DNA of 64,000 bases from Epiperipatus broadwayi (Eukaryota; Animalia; Onychophora), in contig JAQFVV010000008.1 in NCBI GenBank assembly GCA_028023455.1, positions 682,001 through 746,000 on the forward strand, read 5' to 3'. This document shows positions 12,059 through 24,033 of this stretch, piece by piece (the stretch's first letter is position 1; each line of letters opens with the position of its first letter). The translations under genes were made by a program, and so were the position numbers. The notes under the pieces are model-generated. The model was not told the origin of the DNA and made no database searches. It saw only the letters and a list, made by a program, of their open reading frames with translations.

Positions 12059-12801
12059 CAATCTGTTCCATCAAAAAGAGGTCGTTTTATTTTAGCTGGA
12101 TGGCATTATTGGCTTTCCATGATGTCTATCTACCCAGGCAAATCTTGGAAAGTCATAGCTTTTGGAATGAAGAGAAAAGGCTGTGACTGTTTAGGCTCTC
12201 ATCATTAAGTTTTCCTTAATAAAGTTTTCTTTTTCCATCATTAACAGTGGTTCTTTCACTGCTCTTAATATATTTTTTAAAATTAAAATCCTTTTTCAAA
12301 AATCTTCTTTAACATCTACTTGAAAAATAACTCTTAGAATCTCCTTTAGAAATCTCTCTGAAAAGTTTCTTAAAAAAATCTGCTCTGAACTTGCAACTCG
12401 ACTATATCTATACTCAGTCTTGGATTGATTAAGCAGCTTATCCCACTGTACCTGATTTGCTATCTTCTTAAGGATTGGACAATTCACTTTTAGCAGGATA
12501 GATAACAGATTATAAGCATTAGTTCATGTTTTCCAATTTATTAAGACTGCCTCAAGCTATTATAATACTTTATTCGAAAACATCGTTCCAAAAATTAAAA
12601 ATTTAATCTTTTTAATAAATGCCAGCTTTAAATAAATACGAGTGATATATTTAAATTATATTGTAATTTAAAACTATAAAATTAATAATGATTTTCTTTT
12701 AACTATAAACTTTTTGCTTTGCTTCTTTTTTAATTTGATCAAATCATGCTAGTCTTTTTTAAATGGGGGGGGGATCTTTTGAATATATATGCGTGGAACA
12801 G
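12059..12801. mobile_element. Possible Tc1/mariner-like non-autonomous remnant
   Basis: CTGTTCCA / TGGAACAG short inverted ends next to TA. The left end CCATCAAAA(A)GAGGT recurs at ~62876-62888. No convincing transposase. Confidence 0.3.
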
Positions 12802-13810
12802 TATATCTGTTTCAATATATATATATTAAACCATCTACCAATTTGCAATTTATTAAAAATTTAGTATGATATAGTTATTATTTTAAATTAAACATTTAAT
12901 ATACATCTGCTCATCATAATTATTTGCAATTCACAAAGGAATATCCATAATGTAATTCAATTTGTAAGTCAAACTATGTGCATGGTAACATATTATATTT
13001 GTTATCTGCACATCTTTGTATTCTTTCAGAATCAATCTCTAACTTTTCAATACTTTAATTATCATTAATCTCTATATAAATGTACAAAAATTAATAATAA
13101 AATTATGTATGTATTACAGAATTTAAATAAGAAATTTATGTTTCAATGAAAGAGCATCTGCCTATCATGCTTCATAATGTGGGTTTGAATCTGGGCAAGA
13201 TTCTAACTAGCTTTAGAACTCAGATAATCATCAATTATTGTTAGTAAAAGTATATGTAGATATTCTTAGCTAGGAAATTAAACAAAAATAAAAACCAATG
13301 CAGACGGTTATCAGCTGATAATCAGTAATGTGTTTTTTTTGTCTCTGCATCTTTAAATGTTGTTGTAGAAGATGCTTTTGCTCTGTATTGTTTTTTTTTA
13401 CTAAACTTAGCTAAAATATTATTCTTTGTAAGCCTACCACTTTCCTAATACTCTTTTCATTTTTTGTTTTGAATACTATGTTTACCTTTGAGAACTGCTA
13501 TTCGCTAAAAATGTATTTTGATTATATTTAATGTTTATCAATATTTTTTCTACTACAGTATATGAATCAGTACTAGTATTATCTTTAATTTTTCCTGGGT
13601 AATATAATTTATAAGGTAATGTTTAAAATTCAAGTGCTTAAAAATTTATACAGAATAAAAATAAATTCAAGTTGCTTCACCGAAGATACAAATGTGAATA
13701 AAGCACACATTTATGGAAAAAGTTGAAAAGTCAAGATATTATATATTAATAACAGTGATGATTCTTCTTAGTAATGAATTTTTTTAGATTTTGCAGCTAC
13801 TTATATACAG

Positions 13811-14300
13811 TCATTGTCATCATCATTTTCATCCATTATCAATTCATAGTAGGATGATTTCTCCAAGTTTAAATCAGTTTTTCCAATTTCTACCCTGTCT
13901 TTGCACATCATACCAACAAACTTCCTTATTACAACCATCTATTTCATATGTGATCTCTCTCTAGGTTTTTCATAATTTCTTGAAAATTAATAAGACTTCA
14001 ATATTCATCTATTACCATTTTTACTAGAAATATGTTCAGTCCAGTTCTACTGCAGTCTTAATTATTTCAATGATGTCAGTAATACTTATTTGTTATCACA
14101 ACCATGTATTTAATTTCAATCTCTTCTTGTTACACCTAACATCACATCTCTTTATATTTCAGTGAATGGTCTGAAGTCTCTGTATTGCTCTTCTGATCAA
14201 GTCTCAGATCCATAACTAAGAGCACAATTATATGATTTTCATTTATTATGATAAATATTAATTTTTCTACAAGATTACATATCATATGCATGTTAATACA
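13811..14300 (-). mobile_element. 5'-truncated, decayed RTE LINE copy (3' end)
   Basis: Reverse complement matches 33900-34365 (e.g. GGTCTGAAGTCTCTGTATTGCTCTTCT, AAGTCTCAGATCCATAA), with a (TCA)n tail remnant. Confidence 0.8.
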
Positions 14301-14422
14301 AATCAAATTTTTAATACATTTAAGTGAAAAATGATGCATACTTAATTGTTTTTCCTGTATCTTAATGCACCGATATCAGTGAAATTAAAGATAAAATAAA
14401 TTCTTGAAGTTATATTTTAGAC

Positions 14423-17105
14423 CTTGGGAGGCAACCTTTGGTTTGTGGGCTGATTCTAGCTTTCCAAAATCACTTCAGCCCATGAATGTTCTCAAAATTC
14501 AAGATTGTATAATAAAATGATCTTTAAAACTATATAAACTTGTGTTAAAATTTTATGTTGACTGTGATTTGACTACTGTTATTTTTATGGTTCCATTTAT
14601 GTTATAAAATGTCTCACATTTCCTTGACTAACTTTGTAACTCCTTCATCATTACAAAGACATCATGCAGGCATGTCTATCACTCATCACTTCTTTTTCTA
14701 GTCATATTAATCAATATGAACATAAATTATATTGTAAATATCACAGGATAGTTGGAAAAATCTCAGTAAAATGCAATAATTTTATTTCATATTTCTTTAT
14801 GGTTATTATTTATGGAATGCTCATCCTAAGAGCAACCAAAACACTTCAATGTATGGTTGGGGAAGTTCAAATCATTAACATTGAAGGTTTTTTTCCAATT
14901 TTTTTTAAAATAAATGCTTTTTTAAAAAAATGTTTTTTCCTTATTAGTCTGACTTCATGTAGTAAAAAAAGAAAAGTTGATACAGAAAATTATGCAGTCC
15001 ATGAAAAGTGGACCAACACATATTTGTAATTGAGCAGAACAATAAATCAAAGTGTCTCATTTGTTTGGATGATATTGCAGTTAAAAAGAGCATAACATTA
15101 AGAGACACTATTTAACAAGACATTTGAATTGTGAAAAATATGTTGGAGAAGAGAGAAGTACAAAAATAGAATATTTGAAGATAATGTTATTTGAGCAGCA
15201 ATTTTTTTTTTTATAAAATTACAAACGTATCTCAAATTTCTATTAAAACCAATTATATTCATTAAGGCTGTAGCCTCAAGCACATGTGTATAAAAATGCG
15301 CTAGTAGGGGCCTCTACAGGTCTTAAACCACAAGCTTAATGAATATTACTTACGTAATCAATGTGCATTTAAATAAATTTATAATTAAAACCAATTATAT
15401 AATTGCAACAAAAATAACACAAAATTCATAATCATTTTCAAAGGGAGAATTTATTAAAGACTGGGTACTAGCTGCAGTGGAATTAGTTTATCCTAAATAT
15501 AAAAAGAATTTTGAGAATATGAGTTTATAATGTAGAACCTTACAAGGAGAATTGAAGAACTGTCCACCGATGTAAAAAAGTCATTGACACAAAAAATTTT
15601 TGATTTTGATTGATATTCACTGAAATCCAATGAGGGTACTCATAAAACGGATACTGCTTAACTATCAATTTTTATTAGAGAAATTGACAAAAATTTCATT
15701 GTAACAGAAGAAATGTTATATTTTGCACAACCCAAGAGAATGACAAGAGAAGACTTGTTTAATAAAATCAAGGATGTTTTGTAAGAATACAACCTTAATT
15801 ATCACAATTTATTCAGATTATTGACCGATGGGACCAATTTCCATGGTCAAAAAAAATAAGGGCATTTTTGTGTTTCTAAATATGACATGAGTGAAAATGA
15901 ATTCAGTAATCAATATATTTTTCACAGCATTCTTCACCAGCTAACCTTGTGTTCCAAAATTGTAAATATGAAAAATTAAGTCAAAATTGGCTCTTGGTCA
16001 CCAAGAATTCAAGTAACTTCTTAAGGAAGTTGTTGCTGAATATGCAGAATTGGCATATTGTTGTGAAGTTTGATGGCTTTCCAAAGAGACTATGCTAAAA
16101 AGATTTTTGGAATTAATAAACGAGGTGAAACTATTCATGGAAGCTGAAGGAAAAACTTTATAATGAAGAGTGGATAAATGATTTATTCTTTTTGTTGACA
16201 TAATGAAACATCTTAATGAACTGAATAAGAAATTGCAAGAAGAAAATCAATTAGTTATTGACATACTTGGCAGTGTAGATGCCTTTCAAAATAAACTAAA
16301 GCCATTTCAAAGTCAATTTTATAAATTTTGCAGCATTTAAAGAAATTTTCAAAGATAATTTTAATAAACAAAAATATATTGATATTTTAATTATGCTCGA
16401 AAATGAATTCAGTGAAAGGTTCACTGATTTTGTGGAAAAAGAAATTTATTTAGAAATATTTTTCTTTCCATCCATGGTAAGTGACATAAATAAAATTCCT
16501 GAAAATTTCCAAATGGAAATCCTGGAACTTAAAGAAAAACTAAATTTAAAAATGAAGTTCCTGGAATGTTCAAGTAGCAATTTTTATAAAAATATGGATG
16601 CTCAGGAATTTCCTAATTTAATTAATAACGCAATATATATATATATCTTTATTCAGAAGCACATATAAATGTGAGCATCCCCCCCCCCCCCAAAAAAAAA
16701 AACAAGATCTCAAATTATTTACAAAAATTTGCAGCATACTTTAAGAATTGCCCCAACTAATATTTCGCTAGATCTTAATGCCTTAACAAAAAATAAACAA
16801 TGGCAATCTTTGCGTTAACAAAATAATTTTGCATTGAATTTACGTTTATTTTGTTTATAAAATTAGAAATATATTATTATTATATAAGAATTATTATTAT
16901 TTAAGTATTAAAAATATAATTTTTAATACATGTTTTTGTGATTATTTGTCAACTTTAAATAAAGATATATTTATTCTATAAATATAAAAAAATTATAATG
17001 TATATGTTTCTTCTTTTAACTTGAACATAGAAAATTATAGGCCTCGTTTATATCAGAAAATTTGATGTGGTCCGCCGTTAAAAAAGGTTGCCCCCACCCC
17101 CACAG
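14423..17105 (+). mobile_element. hAT DNA transposon, Buster/SPIN/GTF2IRD2-like, decayed
   Basis: Ends resemble GGGAGGCAACCTT / AAGGTTGCCCCCACCCC, with imperfect 8-bp NNNTANNN flanks (TTTTAGAC / TTCTAGGC). Broken reading frames give KRKVD..EKWT..Y..CLIC, SFSKGEFIKD and EFSERFTDF...FQMEILELK...FPNL. Confidence 0.8.
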
Positions 17106-18271
17106 TTCTAGGCTATAGTTCAAAAAATATTTATTGTAGCAAATAAAATTCATCCATTTAACATTAATAAAATTTATAAACATAATATTTTTATTATTCT
17201 AATTTTTTAAAATTAATTTTCTAGTAATGTAAAGTCTGTTTTGGCACTAAACTTAATTACTAAAGTAATTTACGATCCTATTTATAACCGTGAACCAGTT
17301 TTATTTTATTCAACAACAACAAAAACATACATATACATGAATATATAAAAAAAAAAAAAAAATGGTACATTTGTGTTGACATTCAATTTGTAGATAAATA
17401 TACAATATTTGCATATGTATTTGCAACACCTCTATAAATTACATTTGTAATAAATAAACAAATACTTTTTTTTTACTTATATTATTATTAGAATGTAAAA
17501 AATATTAAAATAGAGTTTAAATAGTATCTTTATTTATATGAAAAATGAAAAGGGAGAGAAGTAAAGTTTGTTAATACATCGATAAAATTTATTGTACTAA
17601 GTATACTTTCAGTGCTTTCACATCATATTCATTGTTAGTCTGCTGAAAACATGATTAAAACATGAAAATGTTGAAGGTACACTTGATACAATAAATGCTA
17701 CTAAATTTTATATTTAAACTCTGTATTACTACTTTTTATATTATAATAGTTAGAATGGCAGAATATCAAAATATAATTATATATTATTATTAGGTGTTAT
17801 CAAATTGATATCATTTCATAGCAATTATATGAACATACTTCATAACAACTAATCCTTAATTTTTTTTCACACTATTCAGAGGCATATTTATTATTGTGAT
17901 GATACCAACAATTTTTCTAGCATCATTTACTTTTTAATGAAGTAAGCCATCTTATAATACACTACATATATTATCTCAATTTTATTTTATATACATATAT
18001 CAAAAGAATAAATCAATTATCATTATGTTATAAATGTATGCCTTGCTACAAATTAATATGATGTCGCTCACATTTGACAATACTGTTATATTTGTAGTAA
18101 TTCTTATTAATTTAGTGAAATAAAATGTTTTAAGATTATAAGATAATAGAGTGAAACTTGCTTAAATTATCTTCTTAATAATTGAATTAATTAGCATTAT
18201 TTTATTAGTTACTATTACAAAAAAATCAAGTCATATGTCACATGACCTAATTTAATAAACTTGTATTTACA

Positions 18272-18482
18272 AATATTATATATAGAGTTCACAAAATAAG
18301 CTCTTAACAAGCTTTGCAGAATATCTCCAACCCCAAAACGGTTTCTGCTACTGGTGTCATCAGCAAAGGTTTGAATATCGTAGCACCTCACTGACGACGC
18401 CAGTAGCAGAAACTGGTCTGGAGTTGGGAATATTCTGCAAAGCTTGTTAAGAGTTTTTTTGTGAGTTCTCTATATAATATTA
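18272..18482. mobile_element. Family B fold-back element with hammerhead-like motifs in both arms
   Basis: Arms CTCTTAACAAGCTTTGCAGAATAT / ATATTCTGCAAAGCTTGTTAAGAG. At 18391 the + strand reads CUGACGA CGC-CAGUA-GCA GAAA CUG GUC/UGGAG. Confidence 0.7.
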
Positions 18483-18597
18483 GTTAGTATATATTAATTC
18501 TGAGTTATATTAAGTGATTTATGATAGTGTGTAATATTTGAAAGGTAAGTCTATAATTTAAATCCAAAACAATAAATCTCTCTAGAAGGTTCTAGTA

Positions 18598-19086
18598 CAG
18601 GGTTGGGCAAATAGTGGCCCAGGGGCCACATGTGGCCCACTAAGAGTTTTTGTACAGCCCGCCAAGAGTCAGAAAAATCTACTTTGAACTGAGATTTCCT
18701 TCCCATGGGCGACTGAAGATTCGTCTCATATTTTCCACTAGGATGGCCAGATCAATACACATGCGTAGTGTAGATATGATGCACAGTGCTTTTCTAGTTG
18801 ATTTAGTTAATTTCAATTTTGTCTTTGCAACAGTATTTTCAACTTTAGTGAAACCATGAACCCTCCAAAAAAACATAAAATCGATGGTAATGTCATTGTT
18901 TAATAAAGAATGGACAAACAAATATTTCTTTGGTAATACAGGGAATAAAGCAGGGTGTTTATTGTGTCATGAAAAAAAAAGTGTAGTCCTCCGCTAACCT
19001 TCACTTCCACAAAGTGGCCCTGCCACGGCCCTCACTAACCGCGCTTCCCCAAAGTGGCCCCAAGCCAAAACAATTGCCCACCCCTG
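18598..19086 (+). mobile_element. Non-autonomous hAT (Buster/SPIN-like) deletion derivative
   Basis: TIRs CAGGGTTGGGCAA / TTGCCCACCCCTG. 8-bp flanks TTCTAGTA / CTCTAGTG. Retains the frameshifted transposase start MNPPKKHKID...FNKEWTNKYFF...CLLC. Confidence 0.9.
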
Positions 19087-20349
19087 CTCTAGTGATTTAA
19101 TATTTAATATTAGTTAGTATTATCTGATTTTATTAATAAACATTATTTATTAAAATTAAACTTTTTGAGTAGAATTTTTGTTTTAAGAAAATCATTTAAA
19201 TCTTGAATACAAGAATCAAATTTCATGAACCAGAATGTAGGTAAGGGATTATTCAGGGCTATGAATTTGTCTAATATTTAAGATTAAATAAAAAAAAATT
19301 GCATTCTTTAATATTAGGATTTTTAGGTAGGTTTTTTTTTTTGCTTTAAAAAATATCTGGAACAATGTATAAGTATTTTATAATTTAAAGTTAAATTATA
19401 ATCAGTAGTAGCAATTTGGAAACAATTATGACTTAATTCAATAATATTAAAAAAAGATAGAGAAAAAATAATGCAAAGCTAAAAAACAAAGAAATGAAAA
19501 AGAAAAGATTGGATACATAATTGATATTCATGCAATTAAAAGATGAAAACATATTACACAAATATATACTATCATTGTCATAGTTAATACAGATAGATGA
19601 TCAATAGCATAAAAAATGTAAGATGACTGGTTTCATACTAATATAGATGATTGAAGACATTAATTTAACTATAAATGTTAATAACAAGTTATTAGTAAAT
19701 TTTCTTAAGAAAATAATAACTTTCATTTAATCTTATATTTTTATTATGCATATAATTTCATAATTAAAATACTTTCTTATTTAAAAATAAGTAAATATAA
19801 TATATAAATAAACATAACGATTCTACAAAAAATCATGTTTTTTTTTATTAAAAATATATTTCTACAAATTTAAATAACATATTAGTATAATAAACAACAA
19901 CATCTTAGAGAAATAGATAAACCAGGGATATTTTTTAATATTTTTTTTCATGTTGGCCCAATCTTTTTCTCTCTCATGAATAAATGATTGCATTTTACTT
20001 ACATTTTCTTATATGTTTAGACTATTTTTTGTCAAACAGTTTAGTGATGGGAATATAATTCAGTGACAGATTTAATTCAAAGAATCATAGTTAAAAACAT
20101 AAACCGTCTTTTCACTCTATGTAACATTAAAATAGAGCCAACTCAGCTACATCTAATTAAGGATTTCAAAAAATGTTTTCAGAGTTTAGAGTAAGACACT
20201 AAAAAAGATTTCTAGTTTTTCAAAAGAGAACTACTTTATATAATATTATAAGTAAAACTAGTTTTATTGTTTGGTTATTGCATTTTATCATTCAACATTT
20301 TATTATTCTAGATTTGAAATACAAATATAGTATATATACTTAAGCCAGA

Positions 20350-20770
20350 TGTAATTAATGGGGATTTGAACCCATACTTTTAATCTCCAGTTATTCACTC
20401 TATTTAATATAACCTGTTATAGATGAGCACATACAAGATAAATGATCTCCAATATATATATAAAATACATATTTTGCGGGTTCATCCGTGTTAAAAACTT
20501 TTAATATTAATATACTGACATCAATATATTAATATTAAAAGTTTTTAACACGGATGAACCTGCAAAATATGTATTTTATATATTTAACCCGTGCAAATCT
20601 TCGTTTTAACATATATATATATATATGAGTGCCGGTTCAGTACATAATACATATATTGGCAGTCATTTATCTTTTTCACATGTACGTGCTTATCTATATT
20701 AGTCATATTAGATAGAGTGAATGACTTAAGGGAGCTTGAATGTCTGGGTTCAAATCCTTTTTAATTATCT
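20350..20770. mobile_element. Family D/E-related fold-back with a near-perfect central palindrome (20456-20583) and a decayed hammerhead remnant (~20625-20660)
   Basis: ~60-bp arms TAAAATACATATTTTGCGGGTTCATCCGTGTTAAAAAC / GTTTTTAACACGGATGAACCTGCAAAATATGTATTTTA. GAGTGC-CGGTTCA-GTAC matches the family D stem II. Confidence 0.6.
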
Positions 20771-20913
20771 CAGATTTTATTCAGCTAACATTAATCACTT
20801 TGCTACCATATTTATACATTCCAGTTCAAAAAAATTAATAGACCATATAATCTTTATTTCAAAATATAAAATAATATATTTATAATTTTCAATATGTTCT
20901 TTTTAAATTTCAG

Positions 20914-21036
20914 ATATCAATGAATGTTTACATAGCAATTTTGCATGTTCACAAGAATGCACCAATACTCCAGGAGGTGCCTATTGTTCTTGCTCTACAG
21001 GATTTGAATTGTTAGAAGATGGGAAAATATGTAAAG
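20914..21036 (+). CDS. Exon, cbEGF domain (DINECLHSNFACSQECTNTPGGAYCSCSTGFELLEDGKICK)
   Basis: Polypyrimidine tract plus CAG at 20911-20913, GTTTG donor at 21037. 123 bp, phase 1-1, six-cysteine EGF spacing. Confidence 0.92.
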
Positions 21037-21474
21037 GTTTGCTGATTTTATTTTAAATAGTAAGATTAATTTTTAAATTTCGATTTAGTTTTTCCATTGA
21101 ATGAAAATGATCTCTGCACAAATGCAGGTTTGGGTTTACTATAGTGTTACAGTAAAATCATAAGGTTTGATTATCATTCTTGATAATTTTCCATTTCCTC
21201 CTTAGCATAATTTATTTAAACATTTCAATGTTGAAAATTAATTACAAACCATAATGGATTCATTATACCACAAAGTGAATTGGAAATCATAGCCAAAATT
21301 ACTTTATTTGCAATTATTATTAAATGTTGTAACTAAGATCAGCCATCTTGTTTTCAGTATTCTACATAACATACAATTAAGAATTGAGAAACAATTCTAT
21401 ATATCAATCCTACTATTAGTAAAGAAAAAAATAGGCAATAATATTTTCTACTAATGAAAAAAAACTATATAATA

Positions 21475-21715
21475 TGACTATCATCTATTTTCTTTATTAC
21501 TTTTTACAATGCTTTTTTACAACCTACTGTTAACAGTTTTGATTAGCCCAGCAATCTTCTTCATAACTTCTATTACTTTTTACAATACTTTTTTACAACC
21601 TATTTGGAAATATAAATAGAAGTTCTGAAGAAGATCGCTGGGGTAATAGAAACTATCAACAGTGGGTTGTAAAAAAGCAATGTAAAAGTAATAAAGAACA
21701 TAGATGATGTTAATA
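21475..21715. repeat. Inverted/direct short repeat resembling a decayed PLE terminus (CUGAAGA-AGAUC...GAAAC motif)
   Basis: 21475-21575 is the reverse complement of ~21615-21715. The + arm reads CTGAAGA AGATCGCTGGGGTAATA GAAA CTATC. Confidence 0.5.
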
Positions 21716-24033
21716 TTATATGGACTTTATAGATTTTGTATTGAGACTTGCAAATTCAACTTCAGAACATTTGTTGTTTTTTTTTATTGACTATGGTAAC
21801 TCAATACTCATTATAGAGAATCTTATAGCCATAAGATAGTCATGATAAGTTATCACAAAATTATGAATAACTGTGCGATCAGTCTATAAACAAACTTCTT
21901 GAATAGGACTAATTTATACTTATTTTTTATTCTGATTGAACTCAGTATCATTAGTTATTTAATAACTGTTTATAATAGGGACTTATTAGAAAATGACTGT
22001 TAAAATAAATTATTAAATAAAAACTGTTTATATATAAAATATATTTTTATTGTCAATAAAATATTACTAAGTTAATCTCTATTGCATATGACTTGCTCAA
22101 ACACTACAACATATTAAGAGTAAAAATATTTTTAAAACAACAAAAAAAAAGTTTAATCATATTTGTCTACATCAGTAACTTTGTATTTTGTATAATATGT
22201 GTATATTTTATTTTTAAAAAATGCAAATATATTTATGTTTCTACCTCTCATTAGCATAATTAGTGATATAGAGCACATCCAAAATTTTACATAAAATGTT
22301 TTGCATTGATTAATATAGGGTTCCTAATAAAATTGTAAAATTATAAATATAAAATATGAACATACAATTTATTAATTGATTGTGAATGTACACATAATTA
22401 CATATTTTTACAGTTTCTACTGGCTTTACAAAGGTAACTCTCAATTTGCTAAAAATAAGGCTTAATTTCTCTTTCCATATGACTACAATAGCAAATTATC
22501 TGCTAATGTTTGAATATGGCTCAAAAGTGGTCATTATTCAACTGCTAATGGCAATGTGATATCAACATGAAGGAGTTATTAACAATAATTTAAATGCTAT
22601 ATGGAAGAAATTTATCTCTAGTAAGTCATACTCAATTTTGTAATATTCAAACTTCACTTTCATGACTGAGTTGACATTGTGGTAATATAAGTTAAACAAA
22701 TAAAAGTAAAATTCAATACCTTTTTTAATTCTCCAAATTGCAAAGGTCAGTAAATAAAATTAGAAAGTTTGTAAAAATTTATGTTTTTATACCTGTTATG
22801 ATAAGCTTTTAGAATATAAAATTTATTTGGATAGTTTCTAGTATTCTTGAAAGTCGGAAGAAACTTTTTATTTTTAAGTCATTCAAATACTAAAAATACA
22901 ATTATCTCTAATGTATTAGCAGTACAGAAACTGAAAGAAGTTTTAGTTTAATGAGGAAAAATTGTATAAGAGGAATAATAGTTTAACAGTAGATCATATA
23001 TTGGATTAATTATGATTAATTTATTGAGAAATTTAGTGATTACAGCCAACATATATCCCAACAATTATAGAGCAGGAAAAAATTAATTGTAAAAATCAAA
23101 GATTACTATGCAATTAGCAGATTACAAACAATGCCACCAATAAAAAACAAAACTTACAATCCTTTTTTACATAGAGGTCTGTGTTTTCTATATATGTAAA
23201 TTATGCTACTTACAGCTTTCATGCTTAAATTTAAGTCAATAATTTTATTTATAATTAATAGATCTTTCTCGGATTTCAAATGCAGGCATTGAAAAAAACG
23301 TATATAGCTAAGTTTCTTTACTCAGCTTTAAAAAATTTAAGTATGTAATATTTATGAGAAAAAAAAAGTTTAAATTCAAAATTATAAAAATTTAATAATC
23401 TAAAATTGATAAAAAATTTGAATTCATAAAAAAAAAATTCCCAGTAAATAATGTTAGCATCCAACTGCCAATATTTGGTTAGTATATTCTTTTTCTCCTT
23501 TTTTGTTATCTAGGGACCCCTGAACAGTTTTAATTATTGTAGGCTTAGTAAACTGTAATTTAAAACTACAATAAACATTTTTAATATATAAGACATATGA
23601 GCACAGACTTTCACGCAACTCACCACTCTATCTCATATCACTGATACACCCGAACACATATATGTTGAAAAGATAAATAATCACCAATAAATGTATTTCA
23701 TGCTAAACCAGCAATCATCAGTTGGTCCAGATTATCATCTCTACACATATATGCAATAAGTGATCAGATATATATTAAGATAGCCAATCTTCATACTTGA
23801 ATGGACAGGCTTCACTCCATTCCACCCTCCAACTCTTCAACTGTCCATCCAATTGCAAATCTGATGATGGAACACTCAAAGGCCATTCTGACATGGGTGT
23901 GACAAGAATCTTGGCCTCAGGGTGGCCTTTGAGCATTCCATCATCAGGTTTTCAATTGGATGGACGATTGAAGAGTTGGTGGGTGGAGTGAAGCCTGTCC
24001 ATTCAAGTATGAAGATTGGCTATCTTAATATAT

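Noticed and set aside
23850-23960. CTGATGA boxes in the inner palindrome of family E (also at ~59971)
   Set aside because: No GAAA box follows a plausible stem II (GGCC is followed by AAGA or GAGA far downstream), so these are not called hammerheads.
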